In this document: in pieces, positions 9,965 to 18,964 of the stretch
How the letters are laid out: every line of letters begins with the position of its first letter
Position numbering within the stretch: the first letter of the stretch is position 1
Assembly: GCA_965248055.1 (NCBI GenBank)
Contig: CBDFIJ010000004.1
Span: forward strand, 1,824,001-1,888,000
Direction: 5' to 3'
Length of the DNA stretch: 64,000 nucleotides
Source of the DNA: Candidatus Multivoradales bacterium
GTDB taxonomy: Bacteria > Acidobacteriota > Thermoanaerobaculia > Multivoradales > JAHEKO01
The notes under the pieces: generated by a model
Database searches by the model: none
Told to the model about the DNA's origin: nothing
The model's input: only the letters and a program-made list of their open reading frames with translations
Made by a program: the position numbers and the translations under genes

Positions 9965-11199
9965 ACCTAGAAGACTCCCTTTACGCAGCACTCGCCAGCC
10001 TGTCCCGGCACAAGCTCCGCGCAGCACTAACCATGCTCGGCATCGTCTTTGGCGTGGGGGCAGTGATCGCAATGCTTTCCATTGGCGCTGGAGCTGAGAA
10101 ACAAGCATTGGAGTCGATCGCCCGGCTCGGCCTCAACAACATCTTGGTGCGCTCCGAGGAACCTAGCGAGGAGGAGGTCAGTGAGGTGCGGGCGAAATCT
10201 TCGGGCGTGTCGTTTCGCGACGCAAAATCGATTGGTGATGCGGTTCCCGGAGTCGCTGGGACCTCGCCCAAGGTCCAGGTCACAACCCACACCATCTTGA
10301 GCGGAACAAATCGCGTTGAAGCGAATGTATTTGGTGTTCTTGACTCCCATGCTCGACTGGTCAACCTTGCTTTGGCATCCGGAAGATTTCTAGACCCCTT
10401 AGACGTGCGTCGTCACGAGCAGGTTGCTGTGATCGGCGATCAAGTACGCACTGAGTTGTTTGGCTTTAAACCAGCGGTGGGCCATCATCTCAAAATCAAC
10501 GAAATATGGTTCGAGGTGATCGGCATCTTGGCCACCGGAAACAGCACCGGAGGCGAGACCTTTCAAGGAGTACAGGTCGGCTCCTCGGATAGCGCCATTT
10601 ATATTCCTGCCACGACCGCATTGCGGAAGTTTGATCGGCGACCGACAGACTCGCAGTTGACCGAAATTATCGTCGAGTTGGAGTCGTCCGAAACCGCGAC
10701 CACAACGGCCAACCTGATCGAAGGTCTACTCAATCAACTGCACGCCGGGCAGAGCGACTACCAGCTGGTAGTGCCGGAAGCCCTGCTCGAGGAGAGCCGT
10801 CGTACCCAACGTATCTTCAATATCGTCATGGGCTGTATCGCTGGCATCTCTCTCTTAGTAGGCGGCATCGGCATCATGAATATCATGCTCGCTAGCGTTC
10901 TCGAAAGGACCAAAGAAATTGGCATTCGACGGGCGGTCGGCGCTAAGAAACACGACATCATGGTTCAGTTTCTGGTTGAGTCGTTCGCGCTCGCGGCGCT
11001 TGGTGGTATCGCTGGAGTGTTGATGGGGATTTCCATCGCCAAAATAGTGGCAATTTCTGCGGGGTGGCCGACGATCGTGCAAGTCTGGGCCGTTGTACTG
11101 GCCACCGGGGTAGCTTTGACCGTCGGTTTGGCATCAGGCGTCTACCCTGCCGTGCGCGCGGCGAACCTTGACCCGATTGATGCCTTGCGTTGGGACTGA
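9961..11199 (+). CDS. MacB/FtsX-family ABC permease
   Basis: LRAALTMLGIVFGVGAVIAM, VGGIGIMNIMLASVLERTKEIGIRRAVGA, YPAVRAANLDPIDALR. Confidence 0.93.
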   Translation: MNLEDSLYAALASLSRHKLRAALTMLGIVFGVGAVIAMLSIGAGAEKQALESIARLGLNNILVRSEEPSEEEVSEVRAKSSGVSFRDAKSIGDAVPGVAGTSPKVQVTTHTILSGTNRVEANVFGVLDSHARLVNLALASGRFLDPLDVRRHEQVAVIGDQVRTELFGFKPAVGHHLKINEIWFEVIGILATGNSTGGETFQGVQVGSSDSAIYIPATTALRKFDRRPTDSQLTEIIVELESSETATTTANLIEGLLNQLHAGQSDYQLVVPEALLEESRRTQRIFNIVMGCIAGISLLVGGIGIMNIMLASVLERTKEIGIRRAVGAKKHDIMVQFLVESFALAALGGIAGVLMGISIAKIVAISAGWPTIVQVWAVVLATGVALTVGLASGVYPAVRAANLDPIDALRWD

Positions 11200-11446
11200 C
11201 TCCATCTCCCTTTTCTGACCATTTGATCGTCAAGTAAAGCGTCCTCTTGTCTGGTAGCTACCGCATCCTCGACTTCGAAGACGGCGCCCCCTACCTCGGG
11301 GATGCGCAGGAAGCGTTAACTGCACATCACTGGAGATTGGCTGGACGTTCTAGACCTCCCGAGAAGTCAACACCTAGACGGGCCTGCCAGGGTGGCAGGA
11401 CCGTTCTGCTACTCAGGGATTATTCTCATCGCGAACCCTTGTAAAG

Positions 11447-11465
11447 ATGTCAAAATGCTTGACAT
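11447..11465. promoter_or_regulatory. Palindrome ATGTCAA-N5-TTGACAT containing a TTGACA hexamer
   Basis: Perfect 7-bp inverted repeat in an intergenic region; operator role is inferred. Confidence 0.35.
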
Positions 11466-11643
11466 TCTTTGGGGGAAGGGGAACCCACCAGCTTAGGAAT
11501 CAGCCGAGGCGTTTTCTGGCTCAATAGTGACTACTCAATTTTCATAATTACTCAACTGATGTGCGGATAAGCACAAAAGGGCAGGCACCTTTTCGGGTTC
11601 TGTACGGCTGCCGTATGATTCAGGTGCTTCCTGAGGATTTGGG

Positions 11644-12438
11644 ATGAACGTCGTACATTGCACCCGACTAGGCATCATGGGGCTGCTCGTTGTGGCTGAA
11701 CTAGCAGATTCAGGTGGAAGTTCGCGAGCATCGGATCTGGCCCGGCAGCTCGAATCTGCTTACCAATCGCAGTCGAAAGAAGCACTGCGGGCATTCTTCG
11801 AGCAATGGCGCCAAGATGTACCCATTGACGAAGCAGGTGATGGCAGCCGAGCTTTCCAGCATGCTCTCGATATAGTCAAAGATCTCTACCAGCCTCTGAA
11901 TCTCAAGCGCATAGGCGACCCTGAATGGGGCTACGACCAGTACGCCAATGCGGAATACGCCCTCGTGCCAGCCGAAATTCGCTATGAAGTTGTCCGCAAC
12001 AAGTCTTTCCCAGCTCCCGAGATCGACACAATGAAGCAACTCCGTAGACGAACCAAACTGGTCCGTTTTTGTCCATCTCTAGCAAATGTGGTAATCCGCC
12101 CGGTCTGCTTGACGGATAGGTACAAGAAGGCCCTCTACTCGTTCCTAGGGGATGAGCACTACAAAACCGGGGAACTCTCGATCATGACTCCCGCCACCGC
12201 CAAAGGGGAGTCAACCAAGAAACTGGACTTTCTCAACTCTGTGGTTCAGATCTACCACGGGCATTGGGGAAGTTGGCGCCTGGCGACGGATCCGACGATT
12301 GACAGAATTCAGTTCAACAGCGACTTCACCAAAGCCGTCGCCTACTTCACATTGATCTATGAAGGAGGAGAGGCGCACTACAAACGAACTCAGGATGGCT
12401 GGGTGCTGGAGTCCTCGGCTCTCACTTGGATTACGTAA
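11644..12438 (+). CDS. Hypothetical protein, possibly exported
   Basis: 264-aa ORF with hydrophobic N-terminus; no family recognised. Confidence 0.7.
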   Translation: MNVVHCTRLGIMGLLVVAELADSGGSSRASDLARQLESAYQSQSKEALRAFFEQWRQDVPIDEAGDGSRAFQHALDIVKDLYQPLNLKRIGDPEWGYDQYANAEYALVPAEIRYEVVRNKSFPAPEIDTMKQLRRRTKLVRFCPSLANVVIRPVCLTDRYKKALYSFLGDEHYKTGELSIMTPATAKGESTKKLDFLNSVVQIYHGHWGSWRLATDPTIDRIQFNSDFTKAVAYFTLIYEGGEAHYKRTQDGWVLESSALTWIT

Positions 12439-12836
12439 TGAGTGTTGGTATCTAAACCGTCGCCACTGCAGGGTTTGCGTTTCTGGCCTTGTCGTGCGCG
12501 ACCTCTGGGTCGGGGGCAGCAAGTGACCTTCCGCACGCATTCGACGTAGGCTGGAAAGGAGAGACAACCTGCGAAGCCCTCCATGAGGACGACAACGTTC
12601 GCGTGGGAGTCTGCGAGTTCCCACCTGGAATCGGGCACGAACGTCACTTCCACAACCCCCACTTCGGCTACACGCTAGTTGGGGGAACCATGCAGATTGA
12701 AGATGAGGAAGGAGTTGAAGTCCTTGAGATTCCGACTGGGGTGACCTCGTCGAGTGAGGCGGTCACGGTACATGAAGCGTTGAATGTCGGTGAGACGACG
12801 ACCAAGTTTCTAGTTGTTGAGCCTCTCGGAAACTAG
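12438..12836 (+). pseudogene. Cupin-domain lipoprotein with in-frame TAA at codon 6
   Basis: ATG overlaps the upstream stop (TAATG) and reads MSVGI*TVATAGFAFLALSC, then the cupin motif FPPGIGHERHFHNPH...VHEALNVGE. Confidence 0.7.
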
Positions 12837-12855
12837 CGTAAGCTCGGTTGATTAA

Positions 12856-12885
12856 TTGCATAGATACCGGGTATTCATGTATCCT
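12856..12885 (+). promoter_or_regulatory. Putative higBA promoter/operator
   Basis: TTGCAT-N18-TATCCT with palindrome ATACC-G-GGTAT in the spacer, just upstream of higB. Confidence 0.45.
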
Positions 12886-12896
12886 CGATCCAGCCG

Positions 12897-13187
12897 ATGA
12901 TTGTTTCTTTCGGGGATTCTGCAACCGAGGCTTTGTTTCATGGTGGTCCTCATCGAGCGACGCGGAGATTGCCTACCAGTATTCAACGTGCAGCATTTCG
13001 CAAACTGGATATGTTGAATGTAGCTGTGAATTTGAACGATCTTCGCGTTCTTCCAGGAAACCGACTGGAAGCTCTGAAAGGTGACCTAAAAGGGCTTCAC
13101 AGTGTCCGCATTAATAATCAGTGGCGCCTCACTTTCCGCTGGGAAGCAGGAGAAGCGCACGAAGTAATGATCATCGACTACCACTGA
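12897..13187 (+). CDS. higB: HigB toxin (RelE/ParE superfamily)
   Basis: MIVSFGD, DLRVLPGNRLEALKGD, SVRINNQWR, IIDYH. Confidence 0.95.
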   Translation: MIVSFGDSATEALFHGGPHRATRRLPTSIQRAAFRKLDMLNVAVNLNDLRVLPGNRLEALKGDLKGLHSVRINNQWRLTFRWEAGEAHEVMIIDYH

Positions 13188-13201
13188 GGAGAGCTAGCTC
13201 A

Positions 13202-13489
13202 ATGTTGCCCAAGAATCGAGTTCCTATCCACCCAGGGGAAATTTTGGAGGAAGAGTTCCTCAGGCCCATGGGACTGACTCAGGTGGCGCTAGCGCGCCAT
13301 CTCGATATTTCCACGCAGCGAGTCAACGAGTTGGTGCGCGGAAAAAGAGGCATATCCCCGGAAACCGCCTGGCTTCTGTCTGGGGCCCTCGGAACAACGC
13401 CAGAGTTCTGGATCAACCTACAGGCGAATCACGACCTTGCTAGCGCTAAACCAGATCGGCAGGTACCAAGACTTGCTACTGCCTCTTGA
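13202..13489 (+). CDS. higA: HigA antitoxin (XRE HTH)
   Basis: PIHPGEILEEEFL, NELVRGKRGISPE, PEFWINLQ; RBS GAGGAG. Confidence 0.95.
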   Translation: MLPKNRVPIHPGEILEEEFLRPMGLTQVALARHLDISTQRVNELVRGKRGISPETAWLLSGALGTTPEFWINLQANHDLASAKPDRQVPRLATAS

Positions 13490-13583
13490 TTCTGCATGTG
13501 GCGACATCGCTTACCTGTCGTTGGGGGCTGCTGACCGGCTTTTCCACCGTGGCAACCACCAGCCCCCTCGAGAGCATCCGCAC

Positions 13584-13830
13584 CCCCACGCCTTCGACGC
13601 CGGTTGGAAAGGAGACGCAACCTGCGAAGTCCTCCATGAGGACGATACAGTTCTCGTCGGTGTCTGCGAGTGCCCACCCGGGATAGTTGGGGGAACCATG
13701 CAGATTGAGGATGAGGACGGAGTTGAAGTCCGCGAGATTCCGACTGGGGCAACCTGGTCGAGTGATGCGGTCACCGTGCATGAGGCGTTGAACGTTGGTG
13801 AGACGACGACTAGGTTCTAATTGTGGAACC
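13584..13830 (+). pseudogene. Degenerate second cupin copy
   Basis: Diverged paralogue of 12531-12823. It lacks a start, has a 15-codon deletion of GHERHFHNPHFGYTL and a frameshift stop at 13818-13820. Confidence 0.85.
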
Positions 13831-13860
13831 AAGTGGAAAACACAGCGGTAGTATCCATCC

Positions 13861-14658
13861 ATGACCGGTTTTCTTGATCTTCTTGCTACGTACCCCGCCT
13901 GGGCACGAATTGCGTTTGTGGTTCTTGTGTTCGCGATAGTGCTGGTCCTTGTTTTCGCAAGAAGGGACCCACCATCGACGCTTCCAGGCCCTGTAGATCC
14001 CAAGGTGGGTAAGAGCGCAAGAGACGGGAAGGAAATCGAGAATCCACCTGGAGCTAAGGATAGTGATGCTGCTCAAGAAGCGTCCAAGAATCTACAAACG
14101 ATACCCGGTACGGCAGCAGAAGTAGTCGACTCCCCTGGCACAACAGTCTTCCAAGCTGGCGGAGACATTACTGTTTCAAAGGAGCCAACAAAGGAAATCG
14201 ATCGAATCAAGACGATACTCGTTGAGGCCCGGCTCACATGTACCCTAGAAGAGGGGGCTGAGCTACCACCAAGTGAAGTGCCATTTTTGCCTGTAGGTGA
14301 CGCTCATTCGTATCTCGAAGGTGCTGCGGGGAAAGCTAAATTGAGCTTTGTATCCCCAGTTCGTTTCAGGATGATTGATGGTGGCAAGGTGGTCGTGATT
14401 AATCGTTTCTCTCTTGACCCAGGTTCGATTGATGGCAGACCCGTTGAAGCAATATTTAACTACGAGTCTCTTTTAGTTCCTATCGTGACTGTTGTCTACG
14501 GGAAGTCTCTTTCGAGGATCACCTTGCTCGAAGTAACAGTTGAAATGAATGGTGAGTCGATTGGCTACGGGAGTTGGAAATACGATGTTCCATTCCAAAA
14601 AAGTCCGAGTTTCTCAGTACCAATTGACAGTCTGTCCCTTCGGCTGGACGGCCTTTAA
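13861..14658 (+). CDS. Hypothetical membrane-anchored protein
   Basis: 265-aa ORF, one N-terminal TM, beta-rich C-terminus, AT-richer codons. Confidence 0.7.
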   Translation: MTGFLDLLATYPAWARIAFVVLVFAIVLVLVFARRDPPSTLPGPVDPKVGKSARDGKEIENPPGAKDSDAAQEASKNLQTIPGTAAEVVDSPGTTVFQAGGDITVSKEPTKEIDRIKTILVEARLTCTLEEGAELPPSEVPFLPVGDAHSYLEGAAGKAKLSFVSPVRFRMIDGGKVVVINRFSLDPGSIDGRPVEAIFNYESLLVPIVTVVYGKSLSRITLLEVTVEMNGESIGYGSWKYDVPFQKSPSFSVPIDSLSLRLDGL

Positions 14659-14705
14659 CCTAGTTCTCGCGCCTGCGGAATGAACCGTGACAGCTAAAAC
14701 CGAGA

Positions 14706-14733
14706 GGGGACACAATCAAACCATTGTGTCCCC
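14706..14733. repeat. REP-like hairpin, copy 1
   Basis: GGGGACACAAT-caaacc-ATTGTGTCCCC between convergent genes. Confidence 0.85.
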
Positions 14734-14760
14734 GGCTAAGCTGACTGTCGCGGCAGCCAG

Positions 14761-15032
14761 CTAGATCTTATTGCCGAACCAGATATCCGGCATCCCCACC
14801 ACGCCCGCCGCACCCATCGCTTCGCGCAGGCTGTCGCTGGAGGCAAAGGCCTTGGCGGCGTCCATGCTGTCGAAGTGGTGATAGGCGGTGACGTTGTTGG
14901 AGTTGTCGTCCGCTTGGTAGGCCCCGTGTCCGGTGACGCCCATCGCGGTGCGTTCGCCGTCAAAAGCATCGTAAGCCGTTTTCCAAGTGTCGAAATCAGC
15001 GACCTGATGCCGAACAAATAATGTTCGGCCAT
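14761..15032 (-). CDS. Small ferredoxin-fold ABM/cyclase-like protein, frameshifted near the start
   Basis: RBS AGGAG plus ATG at 15032. One extra A gives MAETLFVRHQVADFDTWKTAYDAF...AKAFASSDSLREAMGAAGV. Confidence 0.75.
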
Positions 15033-15142
15033 GCTGTTTCTCCTATAACGCTGCTGGCATTAGGGTAACGCATCGGCGAGCGGGTAGGCCAAACCGTATG
15101 GATCGATCGCAGCTAGCCGCCGGAACCAATGGAGAGATCACA

Positions 15143-15496
15143 ATGAGCCAAGCAGAGCACGATCGCAGGGTTGATTACGTCGAGTTTCCCAGCACCGATC
15201 TGGAACAGACCAAGAGGTTCTACTCCGAAGTCTTCGGTTGGCAGTTCACCGATTGGGGCCCAGAATACGTCAGCTTCAACGACGGGCGGTCCAACGGTGG
15301 ATTCACCACTCTTTCGGAAATGAAGCCCGGTGGGGCTTTGGTGGTCCTCTACGCCCTCGACCTGGTCGAGATCCAGGAAGCGATCAAGAAGGCTGGGGGC
15401 AAAATCGTGAAGGAACTATTCCCCTTCCCTGGCGGGAGGCGATTCCATTTCTCTGACCCTAGCGGCAACGAGTTGGCGGTCTGGTCGGATCAGTGA
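15143..15496 (+). CDS. VOC/glyoxalase family protein
   Basis: VDYVEF, FYSEVFGW, FPGGRRFHFSDPSGNELAVWS. Confidence 0.92.
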   Translation: MSQAEHDRRVDYVEFPSTDLEQTKRFYSEVFGWQFTDWGPEYVSFNDGRSNGGFTTLSEMKPGGALVVLYALDLVEIQEAIKKAGGKIVKELFPFPGGRRFHFSDPSGNELAVWSDQ

Positions 15497-15954
15497 ATAC
15501 CGTTCGGCGGCTGCACCTGATTGTCGGAGCGCTGGCACTACTGACCTTTCTGGCCACCGGCCAGGTGATGGACAAGCAATACAATCATTTGGAAGGCATG
15601 GCAGATGCTCCACGCATGCTGCACCGCTCAGCACACATCTACATTCTGTTGTCCGGTGGAACCAGTTTGATGCTCGGCCTCTATCTGAAGCCAAGAGCAA
15701 AGTCAGTAGGGCGTGTGCTGCAAACAATCGGATCAATGCTTCTACTGACAACACCGGTTCTGTTTACCCTGGCTTTCTTCTACGAACCCTGGTTGAGTGA
15801 CCTAGTACGACCCTACGCTCGTCCAGCTATGTACTCGTTTCTGGCTGGTGTTCTAATGCATGCGGTTGCCCATTTGGCCCCATCGGAGCAATTGGCCGCG
15901 AAGCTCAGCAACTCGTCCAGATCGAATCTCTCTGCTCCAACCTTGAAGGACTGA
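15493..15954 (+). CDS. Hypothetical 4-TM membrane protein
   Basis: Four hydrophobic segments, RSAHIYILL motif. Confidence 0.75.
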   Translation: MNTVRRLHLIVGALALLTFLATGQVMDKQYNHLEGMADAPRMLHRSAHIYILLSGGTSLMLGLYLKPRAKSVGRVLQTIGSMLLLTTPVLFTLAFFYEPWLSDLVRPYARPAMYSFLAGVLMHAVAHLAPSEQLAAKLSNSSRSNLSAPTLKD

Positions 15955-15958
15955 GGTT

Positions 15959-17299
15959 ATGACTGGAAAGTGCCATATATTGATTGTTTCTCTCGCCCTG
16001 TTCGCTTGGTCGCTGCCAGGTACCTGTCAAGAGATGGACCTCTCGCAAGGCCATTGGGTAGACCTGACCCATTCGTTCAACGCACAATCGGTCTATTGGC
16101 CAACTGCCAGTGAGTTTGAAAAGACCACGGTCTATGAAGGGCACACCGAGGGAGGCTGGTATTACACCGCCTACGACTTCTCTGCTGCCGAACACGGTGG
16201 CACCCACATCGATTCGCCGATTCACTTTGCCGAGGGCAAGCACACCACTGACCAGATTCCTCTCGAGCAACTTATCGGCCGAGCGGTGGTTATCGATGTC
16301 AGCGCCCAGGTTGCAGAGAACCGCGACTATCAGATCAGTCCAAAGGACATCGTGAACTGGGAAGAACAGCACGGCTTCATTCCCAGTAAATCGATTGTGT
16401 TGTTCAATACTGGCTCCGCGCAGTTTTACTCCGATCGTGTCGCCTACATGGGCACCGATGGAAGAGGCGCCGAGGCAGTGGCCAAGCTGCACTTTTCCGG
16501 TATTCACCCCGACACAGCGATTTTCTTGACCAGCAAGCGCTCGATCAAGGCGGTCGGCCTGGATACCCCGAGTATCGACTTTGGTCAGTCGAAAGACTTT
16601 GGCAGTCACGTCATCCTCTATCGACAGAACATCCCCGGCTTTGAGAACATTGCCAACTTGGACCAATTACCACCCACCGGTGCGACCGTCTTTGCTCTGC
16701 CAATGAAAATCGAAGGCGGCAGCGGCGGACCGCTGCGCATCGTGGCGTGGGTGCCACAATCGGAGCCGGATTTCGCCTATCTGCAGTTTGACGACGCTGG
16801 CCTGACCTCCGTTCACGGGCTACCTGTCATCGTGAAGTCGCCGGATGGCTTTCGCGCGGTCGGCCCGGTTAACCGAGTCGCAGAGTTCAACGATCGGCCT
16901 TTCAACATTTCGCTCGCCGCGTACCTTGGGGATGAAAGCTTTGTGATGGTGCATGCGGAGCGGCTGGCCGACGAGTCGGGGGTATTGGACTACAGTGATC
17001 TGGAGCCTGCGGAACTCTCGGGGCGCGCCTTCACCAGCCGTGAGATGTGCGCAGAGTTAAGCACCGAGGAGGTCGCCGAAGAACACGACATCGCCTTTCT
17101 GAACAGCAACGGATTCGACCCCACGCCAGCGGTCTACCTGCGCCAGTTCTTTACCACCTCTGAGGACGGCAACGCCGAAGTGGTTGTCAGCTTCGGGCTG
17201 CGTCTATATAACTGTAACGCCGACAGCCTGACCCCTGCCTTTATGGAAACCTTTGGTAGCAAGTTGCAAAGCGCAACCCAACTGGTCGGCAGCGAATAG
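15959..17299 (+). CDS. Exported cyclase/kynurenine-formamidase-family hydrolase with extra C-terminal domain
   Basis: Signal peptide, AEHGGTHIDSPIHF, GLDTPSID, PMKIEGGSGGPLR, then about 180 unassigned residues. Confidence 0.85.
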   Translation: MTGKCHILIVSLALFAWSLPGTCQEMDLSQGHWVDLTHSFNAQSVYWPTASEFEKTTVYEGHTEGGWYYTAYDFSAAEHGGTHIDSPIHFAEGKHTTDQIPLEQLIGRAVVIDVSAQVAENRDYQISPKDIVNWEEQHGFIPSKSIVLFNTGSAQFYSDRVAYMGTDGRGAEAVAKLHFSGIHPDTAIFLTSKRSIKAVGLDTPSIDFGQSKDFGSHVILYRQNIPGFENIANLDQLPPTGATVFALPMKIEGGSGGPLRIVAWVPQSEPDFAYLQFDDAGLTSVHGLPVIVKSPDGFRAVGPVNRVAEFNDRPFNISLAAYLGDESFVMVHAERLADESGVLDYSDLEPAELSGRAFTSREMCAELSTEEVAEEHDIAFLNSNGFDPTPAVYLRQFFTTSEDGNAEVVVSFGLRLYNCNADSLTPAFMETFGSKLQSATQLVGSE

Positions 17300-17411
17300 G
17301 GATCGATCCAAGAATAGACTGCGAATTGTGAACTCTCTCGGACCAGCTGCTCGTATTGTCTGAGCAGTGGGCAGTCAAAGACCGCCACTGGAGCTACCTA
17401 AGGAGCCAACG

Positions 17412-18569
17412 ATGAAGATAATCACCAAGAGATCTCTGAGCATGGTGATGCTTGCAATCATGATCGCGTGCGGTTCGTCTACCGCAGAAGAAACCGAAGT
17501 CAGCATCCAGGAGGACGTCATGGAGTCAGAGTCTCAAAGCTACGCAATCTTTGCCGGTGGCTGCTTCTGGTGCATGGAAGGCCCGTTTGAGCAGCTCGAC
17601 GGGGTCTACCAGGCTGTTGCTGGTTACACCGCCGGGCGAGTCGACAACCCCACCTACCAACAAGTTTCGGCGGGTACCACCGGGCACACCGAAGCAGTCC
17701 GCATCGCCTACGACCCAGAGAAAGTCAGCTATGAAAACTTGTTGGAGACTTTCTGGCGCAACATCGACCCCACCGACGGTGGGGGTCAGTTTGCCGATCG
17801 TGGTTCGCAGTACCGCACTGGCATCTACTACCAGACCGAGGAAGAACGAGCCCTAGCTGAGGCCTCAAAGGCTGCGCTCGAGGCGAGAGGCAAGTTCTCG
17901 GATCCAATCGTCACCGAAATCGAACCGGCGAGCACGTTTTATGTTGCCGAGGAAGTCCACCAGGACTACTACAAGACCAACGCCGATCACTACAACCGCT
18001 ACAAGGTGGGGTCTGGGCGCGATGGCTACCTCAAAGAGACCTGGAAGGATGAACCCCAGCCCCAGCCAGAGCCAGAGCCAGAGCCAGAGCCAGAGAAGAT
18101 AGCGCCCAAACAATCTGCCTACAGCCGGCCCAACAACGAGGAAATTCGCGCCATGTTGACCCCGCTGCAATACCAGGTGACCCAGCAAGAGGGCACCGAG
18201 CGGGCCTTTGACAACGAATATTGGGACAACAAACGGGACGGAATCTACGTCGACGTGGTCAGCGGCGAGCCTCTGTTTAGCTCCCAGCACAAGTACAAGA
18301 GCGGGACTGGATGGCCGAGCTTTTGGCAGCCTCTGGTACCTGAGAACATCGCTCAACACCAAGACAACAAGTTCTTCATGAAGCGTACCGAAGTGCAGAG
18401 CAAACACGGCCAGAGCCACCTGGGGCACGTGTTTCCGGACGGTCCGAAACCCACCGGGATGCGCTATTGCCTAAATAGTGCCTCTCTTCGCTTCGTGCCC
18501 AAAGAAGAGTTGGACGCCGAGGGTTACGGCGAGTTTGCCAGCTTGTTTGAGTCCGCTTCCGCGGAATAG
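17412..18569 (+). CDS. msrAB: Bifunctional methionine sulfoxide reductase MsrA/MsrB, lipoprotein
   Basis: MIAC lipobox, [35 protein letters not shown]. Confidence 0.96.
   Translation: MKIITKRSLSMVMLAIMIACGSSTAEETEVSIQEDVMESESQSYAIFAGGCFWCMEGPFEQLDGVYQAVAGYTAGRVDNPTYQQVSAGTTGHTEAVRIAYDPEKVSYENLLETFWRNIDPTDGGGQFADRGSQYRTGIYYQTEEERALAEASKAALEARGKFSDPIVTEIEPASTFYVAEEVHQDYYKTNADHYNRYKVGSGRDGYLKETWKDEPQPQPEPEPEPEPEKIAPKQSAYSRPNNEEIRAMLTPLQYQVTQQEGTERAFDNEYWDNKRDGIYVDVVSGEPLFSSQHKYKSGTGWPSFWQPLVPENIAQHQDNKFFMKRTEVQSKHGQSHLGHVFPDGPKPTGMRYCLNSASLRFVPKEELDAEGYGEFASLFESASAE
18054..18095 (+). repeat. Hexamer repeat encoding the PQ/PE linker of MsrAB
   Basis: (CCCCAG)2(CCAGAG)5. Confidence 0.85.
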
Positions 18570-18689
18570 GCGGACATCTCGCTCTTTGTTCGCCCTTTCA
18601 AATTGGCCGCCCGTTCGGCTATGTGGCATTGCCAGTTCATGGCGCTAATACTCGTGGTGACCGGTCTCAAATCCGGTGTGCCGGGAGTT

Positions 18690-18948
18690 CAACCGTAGCC
18701 ATCTACTCGAAGAGTGTCTCTGCAATTCGGGCCACTATGGCCGACACCATCGACCTAGGCAAACGAGGCCTAGCCATCGCTGAGTCAGGCTACGGCAACC
18801 AACCCCAGTTTCTATCCTCTGGACTCAACGAACTCAAGCCCGAGATGGTTGAAGAAGCGACCAAGAAGGCCCGGCTGATCGCGGAAAGAAATTCGCCCAA
18901 GACTCCGACAGCCGGCTAGGCAAAATCAAGTCTGCGCGCCAAGGATAG
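18690..18948 (+). pseudogene. SIMPL (DUF541) family remnant
   Basis: GLNELKPEMVEEATKKAR, then shifted-frame KFAQDSDSRLGKIKSARQG*; both ends missing. Confidence 0.75.
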
Positions 18949-18964
18949 TTTGCGTAAGTAGGGT

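Noticed and set aside
11200-14700. Integron cassette array
   Set aside because: Genes are co-oriented and include a TA pair, but I found no convincing attC (RYYYAAC...GTTRRRY) sites and no integrase.
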